NCBI GenBank assembly: GCA_030324005.1
Contig: JARDVH010000059.1
Location: 62,294,501 to 62,358,500, forward strand
DNA length: 64,000 nucleotides
Direction of reading: 5' to 3'
From: Negaprion brevirostris
Taxonomy: Eukaryota
Under the pieces are notes generated by a model that was not told the origin of the DNA, did not search any database, and saw only the letters and a program-made list of their open reading frames with translations. This document shows positions 24,701 through 38,615 of this stretch, in pieces. Made by a program: the position numbers and the translations under genes. How positions within the stretch are numbered: position 1 is the first letter of the stretch; the number at the start of each line of letters is the position of its first letter.

Positions 24701-25709
24701 TGTAATGAGTCTGGTATACTTTAGAAAGCATATAGTTATCAATGTCTTTTCTCATCTTAATTCTAGTTTATCTTTTAAAAATGTAACAGCTTCTCACTAT
24801 CTCATTAACTATCAAATTGTAACTTTTGAATTGCCAATGTTTAAGACTAAGCACGTGAGACAGAGGCAGACAGTGTCTGTTGTCATCTTAATTTGCCAAA
24901 CTTTATTTACTTAAAAATTATAATCTAAATGTAGGCTTTTTGAGGTAAATGGATATGGGACAGGCAAGAAGACAAAAAAGGGTCATGAGAAGAAGGAGGT
25001 TGGGAGGAAAAACAGTGTGACAGGGAAGAGAGCCATTATGGGCCTAATTTTCTCCACAAACCTCTCTAATAACTGCATCTGTCAGTGGCTTCTCTCCCTG
25101 TATATCATGTGACAAGGCCCACTACGTTTTACCTGACAGCAAAAGACGACACTTAGAAGCTATAGCAGACAGGGGTAGCAAAAAGAGTATTAAGTATTGA
25201 TTTTAATAGCATATAGTTTCTACTAAATTTTCTTGGGAATAAACATGATAGACTTCAAGGTGCATAAAAACATTGCTTTGGTTTTTTTTTCCTACTGAAT
25301 GTTATCGCATGAAATTGGAAGCAGTAGTTTAATTTGACCTCTGGGTAATGATGTGTTACATCTTGGTCAGTTTGACGTTAGACAGGGAGGATTGGGGCAT
25401 GAGTGGGGCAGGGAGTTGTGTGGCAAAGAATAACCAGGCATTGATTGTGATTCCCGTGTGAGACCATGGCAGTGTGGTGACAATGAAATCAAGGTGACCA
25501 AGGATTGGCTTTGCAAGACTTGGGGGATATCTTGATGAGAAACTCAGGGCGAGGCTTGGGGAAGAGGCAAAGGCAAACAAGGATTTTAAAGGAGAGGCAG
25601 AACATGTGATGTGCTTGATCTCCATGTTATGCGTTCTTATAGAGGCATGGGGCACACTACTCTCAACTGATGGACAAAATACCCAAAACCATTTTTATGC
25701 AACAAATAG

Positions 25710-26068
25710 GATTTTTAAAATTCTTCGTGGGATGTGAGCCTCACTTGTAAGGCCAGTATTGTTGCCATACATCATTGCCCTTTAATGGAGTGGCTTGCTG
25801 GTTGCCATTTCAGGGCAGTTAAGATTCAGTCACTTTGTGTGGACCTGGAATCACATCCAGACCAGACCAGGTAAGGATAGCAGATAGAATATTAGTGAGC
25901 CAGGTAGGTTTTTGTAGTTTCATAGTCATTATTGCAGAGATATTATTTCCATGTTCATTGATTGAATTCAGATTCTGCCAGAGGCCATTGTGGGATTTGA
26001 ATCCCTGTTCCCAAAACTGTGTCTGGGCCTCTGGATTGCTGAGTGATACTACCACTATATCATTACCT
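25710..26068 (-). mobile_element. tRNA-derived SINE
   Basis: Same family as 21270-21590 (ggatttgaatccc B box; ctctggattgctgagtgatactaccacta). Confidence 0.75.
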
Positions 26069-28185
26069 ACCCTTGGATTGTAGTGCCTCTCCTAGGTTGG
26101 AGGGAAAATATTCAATACAGGCTTTCCAAAAGGAATTAAATCTATTGGGATATTGGGAAGGAGCATGGAATTGGAATGGATGTAGGCTCGGTGGGTCTAA
26201 CGGCCTTTTTCTGTGCTGTACTATTTTAAATGTGCCTGAATGATTTGAAATTACAAAATGGAGGATTACTTGATCAAAGGCTGCTGATTGTAACAGGAAC
26301 TGCTTGTGTGTTTGTGAGTATTCCTAAAAACAAGCCAATGGAACTGGTGTTACTTTGTAACTCTAACTGGATTTATTTTAGACATTTAACAGTGAGCGCT
26401 TGCAGAGTTGCTTCTTAATCTGTAAAGTTCTTTCAGCCATTGGAAATGGAATGGAATGTATTAAAACTGGTATAAAATAATGCAACCTCAATTCCTGGGC
26501 TGACAATTTTTCCTTTGAAAAAGGAATGATAATTCTTGAAGTGTAAATTTGAATTCTGCTTTTGCAGGGGTAACTCATCATGCATGATGTAACTTTTCTG
26601 TCTTCAGTTCTTTTATTCCCATTTGTGTCCATCACCGAGCTTTTTGCACAGTGCCAAGCTTTTTACTTTCATAATGTTTATTGCACTTTATAATGTTTAT
26701 AAGATGACACCCCAATTATCTCAATTTAAATAGGTTGCTTTCAATTCCTAGAAAATATGCAATTTTTACTATTAATTTTAATTTAAAAATTGTCCTTTTC
26801 TGGCAATGAATGGATAGCATTACAGTTAAGATGAGATTTGCTTAGAAGTTAGAGATGTCATTTGGTAACTGGGTACAGAGGAGGGTTGAGATCTGGGTCA
26901 GGCAAGGAGAGAATGAGAAAATTGAGAGAATTTAAAAAGATTCCCATCAGGTAGGCAGGAATAATGGAAGGGATACTAGTTCACAACAAAGTTGAAGGAT
27001 TGTGAAAATTTTGTTGTCATTGTGTTCACAAACGTGCACTAATGCCAGCCCTATTAAATTGATTCTCATTGTTCAAATAGATGCAGTCTGTGCATACAGA
27101 ATTATTCACCAATTTGAATGGAGAGTGCTTTCCACACAAAAAACTAACGGGAAAGGCACCAATAAATTGTCTTAAATTGTAATGTGCGTGCTTCATCTCT
27201 CCATCTTCCCTTTCCCTATCCATCATTTATCACTCTCTCACTTTTGAACTTTCCTCCCACTCTTAGCCCATCTTTGTTGCTTGCAGCAGTATGTTGACTT
27301 TGTTGTTGGGCACGTTCTCAGTTTTGAATGAAAGAGACGATAAATGCACAAAATGGCAACACAGCACTTTCTTGAATTTTCCTGTCTTTTGTGAGTATAC
27401 CTCTGCCATCCCAGTTCCTGCACTCCTCCACCCCTAGCTCTTCTTTCTTTCTCGGATACATTTCCGAAGTGCCTGCTATGCTTTGGTACATTGCAAAAGT
27501 TGTAGTTTTGGGTAGTCATCAAGGAGGATCATCAAGCTAGTCAAATGAGAGCCAAGTGATGCTTAAATAGTTTCTCCATGCCCATGCACATCTTTTGCAG
27601 CAGGAGCTGTTGAATAGCCACCTTCCAAGGGAACTCCACAGGAAGATTTTTAAATCCAATTGGAGTCAAATAATGGTAAAGCCAATTTCAGCACTCCACT
27701 GATATAGTTGCTCTGGTAATATTGTAGCTTCATGCTGTGCCCAAATGATGCTTTAAATTACAAGGGGTTGGGAAGCTCTCTTCTTTACTTAAAGATGTTA
27801 ACTTATGCTGAGTACAGTTCCGTGAGCATAGGTAGCTTTGATGTCTTAGCTGTTGTATTCAGGTGAATAGTGAGGGGAGCTTGTACTATATGTGGAATTG
27901 TCCGATTGGAAAAAATGGCCAGCTACACCTGTAGTGATTAATCTAACATTTTTGAGAGCCTCAAATGTTCAATTAAGTAGAAATAACATAGAACAGAAAT
28001 GTAAGTGGGCTTATAATTGCCTAATTTTACCCATTGATTGTCCTTCTATTACATGTGTTCGATTAGTATTTTTGTGAGCCAAAATACAATTTCAAAAGAA
28101 ACCAATAGAATTTTGAAGTATTATGTGAAATATTATGATGCTTTTGCTTTCCGTTAAACTTTATACTGATGTTAATATTTTGTAG

Positions 28186-28321
28186 CAACAAGAAAAACAC
28201 ACCAGAATCAACTGTTGGAAAGAAAAAAGGTAAAAGGAAACATGAATCTTCCCCTGAAAATTCAGATATGGACAAAACACCACCTCCATCTCCACAGGAA
28301 GAGGATGAATTAGGAGTTCAG
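28186..28321 (+). CDS. CHD7: CHD7 coding exon (human exon 4 equivalent), 136 nt
   Basis: tttgtag|C AAC AAG...GTT CAG|gtaaat; NKKNTPESTVGKKKGKRKHESSPENSDMDKTPPPSPQEEDELGVQ resembles CHD7 ENSDLDKTPPPSP..EEDEDPGVQ. Confidence 0.95.
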
Positions 28322-28624
28322 GTAAATGCAACTTAATTTATCCAAGTATAAATTTAAAATTTTGGTTGCAAATTATGCATATAGAATACATAATTGCTTG
28401 TATACTATGACCTTTATGTATTTTCTAATTAAATGTTTAGTGTACTGGCCCATGTTACCATTGTTTTAACTTCTGTTATGTTCATCAGGTAAAAATATTT
28501 TCCAGCTAGCAGTGATGAGTTGCGCCAGTGTTGGTGGTCTGTTAATAAATAGGAAACCTTACTAAAATTGGTGTTTAAAAAAACATATTATAAAGGGAAC
28601 AAACGCAGAACAGTGTGAATGCTT

Positions 28625-28760
28625 GAAAACCGCAATAAACAGAAAATGCTGGGAATATTTCAAAGGTCAGGCAACATCTGTGAAGACAGAAAAGTTAACC
28701 GTTTTCTTTTTCCACATGCTAAATGTTAGTATTTCCAACACTATTTGCTTTTATTTAAGG
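28625..28760. mobile_element. Degenerate palindromic Penelope-like repeat
   Basis: aacagaaaatgctgggaatattt...gcaacatctgtg...atttccaacactatttgcttttattt. Confidence 0.55.
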
Positions 28761-29444
28761 ACATTGTTATATTTGTCCATTTTATATCACAAGTGGTATG
28801 GTAAAAGTTGATTGTCCATTTGCTCACATAATTGAGAAAACTGGATAAGAATCTTAAGGTCTATTTTCCCCAAGCAAATATATTAAAAGTAACGCATGCT
28901 CCATTGATTATAGTGGACAGTTATATCCTCTTCCAATTTTCTTTTGAATTGTGCATGAGGAAATGCAAGTTAATTTGCCAGAATTTGAATTGTTTGAACT
29001 AAGTTGATTTCTGTCATGCAAATGAACCAGTACAATTTCTCGAGTTTAACACCGAACTTAAGCATTTATTTTGTGTGCACACTTGATACCCTCCTTTGAA
29101 TTATCACGTGAGAGTCAAACAAGACAGATCAAATCAGCCCACTATAAAAGGCTTGCACTATATGGAGGAATACCTAATTTTGGTCTACCAAGTTATTTTC
29201 TTCTATATTATACCATGTACAGTATGCTATTATCATTGACTTTGACCTGCTCAATTTTCTAGGGAGGGCAACCAACAAAAAAAATCCTGTCAACAATCAT
29301 TGATTTCACTTGGTAGTTAACTGTCTGCTGAGACAGAAGGTTGCAGGATAAAACCCCGCTCCACAACATAAATACTTAATTTAGTTTGACACTTCAATGT
29401 GTTTCTGAGGGAATGCTGTAAGTGCCATGTTTTGGATGAAACTT

Positions 29445-30350
29445 GAAGAGAAGTGTGAAGTGATTTATTCTGCTAGGAAGAATGCAAAGAGATATTCTAA
29501 GGGGATGCAGAGGCAGAGGGATCTGGGCGCATATATTGAATGTGGCAGGAATGGTTGAAAGAGCAGTTAATAAAGCATCAGGGCTCCATCAATAGGAGCA
29601 ATGGGTACAAATGCAAGGAAGTTAAAATAAACCTGTTTAAAATACTGGTGTGGCTTCATAGGGTGCAGAGAGAAGCTGTTCAGCCCATTGAGTTGAATTT
29701 CCATTGGCCCATTAAATTTCCAAAAGTGCAGCTTACTCAGGCCCTCCACTCTTTCAACCCTGTAACCCCAAGCATTATCAATCCACCTAACCACATCTTT
29801 GGACTATGGGAAGAAATCAGAGCACCCAGAGGAAACTCGTGCAGACACAGCGGAAATACACAAAGTCTACATACACAGTCACCGATATAACAGAATCGAA
29901 CCCATGTCCCTCGTGCTGTGAAGCAGCTGCGCCAACTACTGTGTCACCCTGCTGTCCTAACTGGAGTCTTGCATCTAGTTGTTAGGAAGAATGTGAAGGC
30001 CTTCTGGACAGTGCAGAAAAGATGAAAGAGAACAGTTCCAAGGATGAGTAACTTCAGTTACAAAGATTGGAGAAGTTTGGATTGCTTTCCTTGGAGAAGG
30101 GAAGTTTGAAATGAGATGGTCTGGAGAAAGTGTTCCCATTGATGAAAAATTTGGAACCATGAGCACAGATTCAGTGTAATTGGCAAGGGAAGCAATGGTG
30201 ACACAAGATTTTACACACAGCAAGTGGTTAGGATCTGGAATGTACTGTCTTGTGTTTGAGGCAGGGTACAATTGTACAGAGAAATTCAGAAATGTGGAAG
30301 AATAAGCAAGTGTATCCAGTGGAGAAGTGTCTTGGAGAGCAGAAGATGGG
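29445..30350 (+). mobile_element. CR1 LINE 3' fragment with a nested reverse HE1 SINE
   Basis: cagagggatctggg..., YKCKEVKINLFKILV; the LINE resumes at taactggagtcttgcatctagt after the SINE. Confidence 0.75.
29656..29958 (-). mobile_element. HE1-type SINE
   Basis: aatccacctaaccacatctttggactatgggaagaaatcagagcacccagaggaaac...gaatcgaaccc. Confidence 0.85.
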
Positions 30351-30756
30351 CTTGTTGAAAAGGGTGTGTTCATAGCAGAAAATGATTTTAATAGAACTGA
30401 ATATAGTAACATATTATATCCTGAGGGTAGCAAGAGGGATGGATTACCAACATGGGAAGCAAGGTGGATGCCATTAAAGATTCTGCCTATTACTCTTTGA
30501 CATTTTCACGTACAACTGTATGAAGTATAACACCCATTCTGTTCTCTTACATCGCCATGCAGGGCAACTGTACTCTTCTAATGTAAGTCAATAATTTACA
30601 CATCCTTCAGCTGAATATATTCTGTTGAATCTAGCTTAATCAATGCTGGGAGACCAAATGAAGATTGGATGAATGCTGAACACTGCTATTTTGTTTGCTA
30701 ATATGATCCTTATCTTTCTGTTGCCTTGCATTTCAACTCCCAAAAACAGTACAACA

Positions 30757-31365
30757 TTTGATTTTGATTTATTATTGTCACATGTATTAGCAAACTGTGA
30801 AAATTATTGCTTCTTGCTTGCTATACAAAGCATACCATTCATCAAGAAGGAAATGAGTGTGTGCAGAATGTAGTGTTACAGCTAGGGTGTAGAAAAAGAT
30901 CAACTTAATGCAGGATAGGTCCATTCAAAAGTCTGACGGCAGCAGGGAAGAAACTGTTCTTGTGTCAGTTGGTACGTAACCTCAGACTTTTGTATCATTT
31001 TCCTGACAAAAGGTGGAAGGGAGAATGTCCAGGTGCGTAGGGTCCTTAATTATGCTGACTGCTTTGCTTAGACTGCGGAAAGTGTAGACAGAACCAATGG
31101 ATGGGAGACTGGTTTGNNNNNNNNNNATTCATGACCTTTTGTAGTTTCTTGCGTTCTTGGGCAGAGCAGGAGTCATACCAAACTGTTCTACAACCAGGAA
31201 GAATGCTTTCCATGGTGCATCTGTAAAAGTTGGTGAGAGTCATAGTTGTCATGCCAAATTTCCTTAGTCTTCTGAGAAAGAAGAGACATTGGTGGGCTTT
31301 CTTTCTTAACTATCGTGTCAGCCTGGGAGGATCAGGACAGGTTGTTGTTATCTGGACACCTAACA
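30757..31365 (-). mobile_element. Rex-Babar-type LINE 3' fragment
   Basis: Reverse tail tttgattttgatttattattgtcacatgtattag; LTNFYRCTMESILPGCRTVWYDSCSAQERKKLQKV. Confidence 0.85.
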
Positions 31366-31399
31366 ACTTCAGAAGCTGCCTGGCTTTTCCTTTCCAACA

Positions 31400-32555
31400 A
31401 GCCCAGACAACCATTACCCCGCATCACCTGTCTCCAAACACTCTGGCCACAGGCGTNNNNNNNNNNNNNNNNNNNNNNNNNNNNNNNNNNNNNNNNNNNN
31501 NNNNNNNNNNNNNNNNNNNNNNNNNNNNNNNNNNNNNNNNNNNNNNNNNNNNNNNNAGGCGTGACTCCTCCCTCTGTACCTGGATCTTAAACTTCCTAAC
31601 CCACAGACCACAATCAGTGAGGATAGGCAATGACACCTCCTCCACAATTATCCTCAACACCAGTGCCTTGCAAGTTGTGGCCGTAGTCCCTTGCTATACT
31701 CTGTATACACTTATGACCGTGTGGCCAAATTCCATTTTCAGGTTTGCTGATGACACTGCTGTAGTGGGTCAGACCTCAAACAATGATGAGACAGCATACA
31801 GGAAGGTGCTAGAGCATCTGGTGAAATGGTGTGACAACAATAATCCCTTCCTCAATATCAGTAAAACGAAGGAGAGAATCATTGATTCAGGAAGCATAGT
31901 GGAGGACATGTCTCTGTCTACATCAAAAGTGATGAAATGGAGATGGTTGAGAGCTTCAAGTTTCTAGGTGTTCAGATCGCCAACAGATCTGTCCTAGTCC
32001 CTCCAAGTCGCGTTATAGTTAAAGCCCACTAATGCTTTTACTTTCTCAGAGGCTAAGGAAATTTAGCATGTCCATTACAACTCACCAATTTTTACAGATG
32101 CACAATAGAAAGCATTCTTTCCAGATGCATCACAGCTTGGTACAGCTGCTGCTCTGACCACGACTGCAAGAAACTACAAAGAGTTGTGAACGTAGCCCTG
32201 TGCTTCAGCCTCCCATCCAGTGACTCAGTCTGCCTTGGGAAAGCAACCAGCATAATCAAGGACCCCTTGCACCTTGGATATACTCTCTTCCATCGGGAAA
32301 AAGATGTAAAAGTAGAACCCATACCATCCAATTCAAGAACAGCTTCTTCACTGCTGCCATCAGACTTTTGACTGGTCCTTTTACATATTAAGGTGATGTT
32401 TCTCCTCACCCTATTAGTATCTGCAATGCTATATTCTGCACCCTATGCTTTTCTTCGTTCCTATGTACTCTATGAACAGGATGTTCTGTTTCCATTGTAC
32501 GCAAGAAAATACTTTTCACTTTATCCTAATACATGTAACTATAATAATTCAATTC
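31400..32555 (+). mobile_element. Rex-Babar-type LINE RT fragment with 3' end
   Basis: [43 protein letters not shown]; frameshifts and stops. Confidence 0.9.
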
Positions 32556-33111
32556 CTCATCTTCACCTGGATACTATTCCATCCTCTACCATATACACTA
32601 AATGTACTATTTGAGCTCTTGGTTTTCTCTCCCATTGTCTAAGTGGTATGGAATGCAGGAAATAAATATGCAGGAGATGGGGAACCTTTGTCTAAACAGA
32701 TTGTGATTTGGGGCTTCATTCAGTGTTTTCTTCATGGGTGCTGGTGGGCTGCCTACTAATTCCAGTATTTTATGCATTTTTTTTGCCTTCTGTTCTGGTT
32801 ATTATTATTGAGACAATTTCCACTAGGTTTTGTTGTAGTTTTTCCAGAACTCTGTTTGTTTTTCTTTTTTATGGTCCTGCCCTCGTGTTCAGTTCCAGTG
32901 GAAGATATGCCTACCTTCCAGTTCTGGCAGGTTCTACAGCACAAGTCCTGATTTACCCTATTTAATTACCAATGCAGATTAACCCAGTATGTTCAGTATT
33001 CTACAGTTATCCTATTACCATCAACACCATACCTGCCTGCACAGGCTGAGGAAAAACCCTGCCACTTGATCATTGCTACCCTTGCAAGCTGTTAACTCAC
33101 TATGTAGCATG

Positions 33112-33596
33112 CAGGCAGTCTTCTGACTTTGCAACATGACGGGTGTAAGTTGAAACCGATTTTCCTATAGAAACAATGATATAAATGGGGAATTGGTTCC
33201 TAAATTAAGACCAAAATCACTCGTGCCTGCATGCCTCAGCACAAGTTCCTCTGTTAGTGTGGGGGATATAATAAAGCCATCATCACTGTTTAATCTTGAA
33301 CTTCTGCAAGTCTGAGTGCGTCTTAAACACAGCTTAATGTATAAATGCATTAAAATTGCAATGGTTGTGCCAAAAAAATTTAACAATAAAATACCTATTT
33401 CTAACCTAATAAAGGCAGTTTGACCTGTCCAGATGTACATATGGGTGGTGCAAAATGTCAGTGCACGTGTATGAATGTGCTGGTGCGGTATTATAAAGTT
33501 GAAACCAATTTTGTAAAGTTGGAATGGGATGTCAGTTAATAAACATTGTAAGTGCCGTTCATTGTAACTCAAAAGTTGTAAAGTGAGGACAGCCTG
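33112..33596. mobile_element. Tc1/mariner (Tigger/pogo-like) MITE
   Basis: Imperfect TIRs caggcagtcttctgactttgcaac ... gttgtaaagtgaggacagcctg; TG dinucleotide on both flanks (TA expected). Confidence 0.65.
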
Positions 33597-33979
33597 TGCT
33601 ACTTCTGGTAGAGGCAAAAAAAGTCCAATTCCATGGAAATTGCTGCAATATTCCCCCCTCAAGCCCTAAAGCAGTCAAGCAAACTTCTGCACACCATTGC
33701 CTGTAACCCATCAAAATTTTGATTAGCAATTATGTTTTATAATTGGAAGAGTTATCTCCAAATTTCTCAAATTTCCTTTTAAAGGACTGCAGTGATCTCA
33801 TGCTGACCAGCAACTGCAACATTTCAATGATCACTTCTAAAGTAAATACTTCCGGGCAAAAAATTCAACTCTGCTTACTGGTTTTATAGGTGTGACTTCC
33901 TGCCCTGTCAAATGTATCCATTTCAAAGAATCTATCTAACTTTACTGTATTCTGTTCCTGCCTCCTGAAAATTCCTAAA

Positions 33980-34692
33980 AACTTCAGACATCTAAAACTA
34001 GACTTAAAGTAAATAACCCTAATTCCAAGAGTTGTAGCAGATGCAGTAAATGGTACAGTTGGGATAAGTGGTATAGTGGCAACATGTATACAAAATTAGC
34101 TGAGTGGCAGGAAACAGAGCTGTGGTGAACAATTGTTTGTTGATTGGAGAAAAGTTTATGGTGGGGTTCCCTGGGGGTCAGTACTAAGATCACTGCTTTT
34201 CTTGAACATATTTATTTTGCAGGTGACGACACAAACTTGGAAGTATTCTGAACTGTGAAGGGAATGATAGACTTTGAGAGGACGTAGGCAGGTGGAATGG
34301 CTGGAGACTTAGCAAATTAAATGTGGTGTAGGGAGGAATGATGTTTTTTGTTGGGTAGAATGAGGGAAGGGAATATAAACTAAAAGGTGAAATTCTAAAT
34401 GGGTGCAGGAGCAGAGTGACCTAGGGTATATGTGCACAAATTAGTAAAGGTGCCAGGTTGCAAAAGCAGTTAATAAGGCATGTTGTATCCTGGATTTTAT
34501 AAATTGAGACATAGAGCACAAAGCAAATTAGAGAAAACCTTTGTCAAATATTTGTTTCGGTCCCAACTCGAGTATTGCGCCCACTTTTGGGCACAACGCT
34601 TTTGGAAGTATGTGAAAGTATTAGAGTGGGTGCACAAAAAGGTTTATAAGAACAGTTCGAGGCTGAGGGATTTCTGTTATGTGGATAGATTA
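33980..34692 (+). mobile_element. CR1 LINE RT fragment
   Basis: GVPWGSVL, FAGDDT and QLEYCAHFWA remnants. Confidence 0.8.
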
Positions 34693-34925
34693 AGAACATG
34701 GGACTTGAGAGCAGGAGCTCTCATTGAGCTCTGGAAGCCTGCTCTGCCATTCGATAAGATTATGGCTGATCTGGTTGGGGTCTCAACTCCATATTGCGTC
34801 AACCTCCCATAATGCTTGATTTCTTGTCTATCAAAAATCAGTCTATCAAAAATCTGTCTATCTCAGCCTTGAATAAATTCAATTATCTGGAGTCCCCTGC
34901 CTACTGGGAAAGAGAATTTCAGAAT
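34692..34925 (-). mobile_element. CR1 3' tail fragment
   Basis: aagaacatgggacttgagagcaggagc...ctgctctgccattcgataagattatggctgatc. Confidence 0.7.
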
Positions 34926-35049
34926 TATGCTTGTTAGCGATCCTGTGAAAATAAATCCCAGGCTCCCCCTCTCACCATTGGTATTTTGTAAAATGTCAGA
35001 ACAACACCACCTCCCTCACTACACCAGATTCCATCATTTACCAAATTCC

Positions 35050-35450
35050 CAGGTTTGTATTCTTGTCTCAAGTCATCATTGTGCTTTTGGATAATGAACA
35101 AGCTTTGGGAAGTCGGAAGGTGGGTCATTGGCTGCAAAGTACCCAGCCTTTGTCCTGCTCTTGTAGCCACAGTATTAATATGGCTGGTCCAGTGAGTTCC
35201 TGGTCAAAGGTTATCTCTGAATGATGTTTGTGAGATTCAACAATGGTAATGCCATTAAATGTCATGAGAAAATGATTAAATTCTTTTTTGTCAGTGATGA
35301 CCTTTGCCTGCCTCTCTGTGCAAATGTTACTTGACACTTTGCAGCCCAAGCCTGGACATTGTCCCAGACTTGTTGCATGTGGGCGTGGAGTTGTGACTGG
35401 AACTTAATATTGCAATGATCAACAAGAATATCCACTTCTGACCTTGGGGT
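35050..35450 (-). mobile_element. LINE fragment of the 17950-21260 family
   Basis: Matches 18480-18800; VWDNVQAWAAKCQVTFA. Confidence 0.75.
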
Positions 35451-36644
35451 GGGGGAGGTTATTGCAGTCCAAGCTGTTCGACCATCAAACTTTGACACCC
35501 TCAGGGACACACAGGAGAAGAAGCAATAGAAGATGGAGGAGATGGCTGAAAACCCAACAATGTTGGATGCAGACCAAGGGTCACTGTCTGCATTGAGAAT
35601 GCAATGGGTGGCAGTCAGCAGAGAGAAGGCCCAGCCCATTTAAGTCTTGTGATAATAAGAGTTCCTCTGATAATTTGAACAAATTGATTTGGCTTTGCTT
35701 TGAGAGTAGTATTTACTTCCTAAAATGTGATCGTGTCTCATCAATGTCTTTTCATCGTAGCTTGTGACTGTTTCATGGAACCAAAAGTCTCTCTTATAAT
35801 GGAATTAATTTTATTTTGTTCTACCTAACATAGTGAATTATTTTCTAATGGCATTTTGGATCCTCTGGTGAAAAATCTATTTCTTAACCTGGTTGTGTCT
35901 TGGTAGATAAATATGCTGGAGTGGCTGATTTTGGCTGAGATGTGAGTAGGGATGGTATGATCACATTTTGCATCCTTTGACTAGAGAGAGGGGGGGAAAA
36001 AATCAGTCTATGATTCCTGCTCCTGTCATTATTAGTGACTCGCAGTAGTAAATTTGAGTGTTTAATATCTGAGATAACTGAGGCTCACCATTGGAAACTC
36101 ATGAGAAAAAGCTCAGTTACAACCAAGACAATAAAGACTGGAGCAAAATGGAATGCCGTGGTGTTCCTCTGCATCTCTTCCATTAAAAATGGACTATAAC
36201 AGTGAGCGTGTGGCAGCTGCAGATTGGAGTGGCTGAGATGTTTACAGCCCTGAAAACTAAAAAGTTGCCCTTAGTAAAATTAAGCTAACAAACTTTATTT
36301 CTCAGAGTCCCCAAAAATAACATTATTTTGACCCCTGTTCACAATCATGGTCTCTTTCGATTTGAATGTGAACTCCCACGCACATTCTGGCATGGTGAAC
36401 TGCTGAGACTTACTGGCTCTATTTCTCAGCTCTTGCTCCTTCTTTTGAATTTTCGCAGACTAATTTTGTCTGTGAAGTTTAGTGAATTTTTTAGGAAAAC
36501 AACCTGCAACCCAATCTTGGTGACTTCCTATAGTGACCATGTAAGTTGCATGGGCCTTCTACCTGTGTAGACACGATAAGTAGCTTTCATTTAGAGTCCC
36601 AATATCATTCTACCTTGAAACTAAATATGCAGCATAAAGTATAA

Positions 36645-37517
36645 TGTGATGAAACTCAACATTCCTAATACCTTGGGACTTTGAAAACCAACAGTCTGTC
36701 CATGTTAGCATGTATGCTTTGGTCATTGTTTATAGGTGTGAACATCTTGGCCTTTATTCCCAGTAAAACAACTGGGACCCCTTTGAATCTTTAAAACCCA
36801 AACCATCCAGGCTTACCAGAAAAATTCCCCTTCATTCCTCCGTATTACTTTAAGTTTAAAAAAAGACAATCTGTTCAGATGCCAGATCAGAAACCCCAGA
36901 GTATTATATGAAACCAGGCTAGATCCCGAACAATATTTCAGTTTACCTCAGGAGTGATTCCGCTGATAAATTAGGGATCCTTTTATCAAAATAAGCTTTA
37001 TTCATAACACATGCATAAACACATCTCTAACAAAATGAAGCAACTTAACTCTTAAACATTGAACAATCTTTAAATATACAAAAAACACTCTCAACTGCTA
37101 GTCAGTTCCATTAAGCAATATTTCTCTTGTGGACTTAAACTCCACTTTAAATATAATTAGCAAATCCAAGTATGCTTGCTCTGACTTCAGTTAATAGCCT
37201 TGTAGAGAGAGAACTGCTAGAAGGCTGCTACCTTTAATCAGTCTCCAGCAATTGCCTTTTTTAAATGAAAATGAAACTTTTTTCTGCTACAAGCCTAGCT
37301 GCCTAATCACAGGATTCAGTCTACCTAGTCTGAAAGTCTGGGGAAACTTGTGCATTGACTCTACAAAGTAACACATTCCTAGCTAAGATGAATTATTATC
37401 CTACTTTCTCAGCATCTGTGCATTCATTGCAAACAAATCAACTCCTTTGCAGAAAAACACTGATTCTCAAAGCAGTCCCCCAAACATAAAATATATTATT
37501 AGTACAGTATTATCACA
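36645..37517. mobile_element. Possible old solo LTR
   Basis: Termini TGTGAT...ATCACA, internal reverse AATAAA (~36998), composition shift to A/C-rich; no TSD seen. Confidence 0.35.
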
Positions 37518-38024
37518 AGTCCCAAAACTTGTAATCTTATGAAAGCTCATACTTGTAACAATAACTGATGCATATTATTTTAACATTTTTATTTCAAGGT
37601 GCATTTACACCATTGTTCACTTTTTGACTAATGTCCTGTATAGAAATTACTCATCTCTCTGCTATAAAGATGTGTGGGCTCAGTTCTTATGAGCCTACAG
37701 CTTAAAAATAACTGATTATGTAGAATTTACAGTACAAACTATACTGGTACTTGTGCTCCACAGAAGCTTCCTCCCTCCCCTCTTTTTCTTACCCTGTCAG
37801 CAAAATCTTTTATTCCTTATAACTTTCTGTTTATCTAGCTTCCTTTTAAATACATCTGTGCTGTGATTTTTATTTTTGGTGGTGTATTCTTACCACTGAG
37901 AGTAAAGAAGTTTCTCTGGAGTTCCCTATTAGATTTATAATTCAAAGTTTGTTAGTGGCCACTTAAGAGAGTAATAATAGCATTAACTGACAAGAATTCT
38001 TTTTCCAAATCTAATCAGGATAGA

Positions 38025-38235
38025 AATAAGAACGAAAAATGTTAAAAATACTCAGCTGATTTGGCAGTTTTGTGCAGAGACAGAGTTCAGTGTTACAGGT
38101 CAATAATCTTTATTTGCCCTCTGAAACATCAACTCTGTCTTTCTCCACGGCTGCTGCCAGTCCTGGTGAGTATTTAGAGCATTTCCTGTTCTTGTTTCAG
38201 ACTTCCAGCATTGCTGCAGAATTTTGCTCTTGTAT
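38025..38235. mobile_element. Palindromic Penelope-like repeat
   Basis: aaaatgttaaaaatactcagc...ctctgaaacatcaactctgtctttctccacggctgctgccagtcctggtgagtattt...gcatttcctgtt. Confidence 0.65.
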
Positions 38236-38495
38236 TAGTTCAAGAGATGCCCCAGGACTGATATTAAGCCACAGTTATGTTGCACATAATCGATGTTGAG
38301 GCTGAACTCTGCTATTGTCTATTCCATCGCCAGCATCTTAAACATACAGTTTATGCACAGCCAATTGTTTGCTGATGCGTACTTGATTTCAATTTTCTGA
38401 ATTCTCACTGGAATCAAGCTGACAGCCAAACGTTGCTAACTTTCCAGAATGTATTTTAGTCAAGTTTTTGTTAACAAAATCTGTACTGTTTTCAG

Positions 38496-38615
38496 AAGCG
38501 CCGCTCTAGTCGACAAGTGAAAAGAAAGCGATATACAGAAGACTTAGAATTTAAAATATCAGATGATGACGATGCAGGAAAAGATTCACCATTAAGCACT
38601 TCACAGTCCGAACAG
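38496..38615 (+). CDS. CHD7: CHD7 coding exon (exon 5 equivalent), 120 nt
   Basis: ttttcag|AAG CGC...GAA CAG|gtattt; [40 protein letters not shown], whose first 23 aa match CHD7 as I recall it. Confidence 0.97.

Larger units (their letters stand above)
1..28185 (+). other. CHD7: Long CHD7 intron (equivalent to intron 3, phase 2); its 5' end lies outside the window
   Basis: No CHD7 exon-3-like coding sequence seen before the acceptor at 28185; the region is repeats plus unique AT-rich DNA. An exon hidden in an N gap cannot be excluded. Confidence 0.8.

Noticed and set aside
31230-31967. 245-aa ORF with an RT motif (FADD)
   Set aside because: Chimeric, gap-spanning, frameshifted LINE remnant; not an intact gene or an active element.
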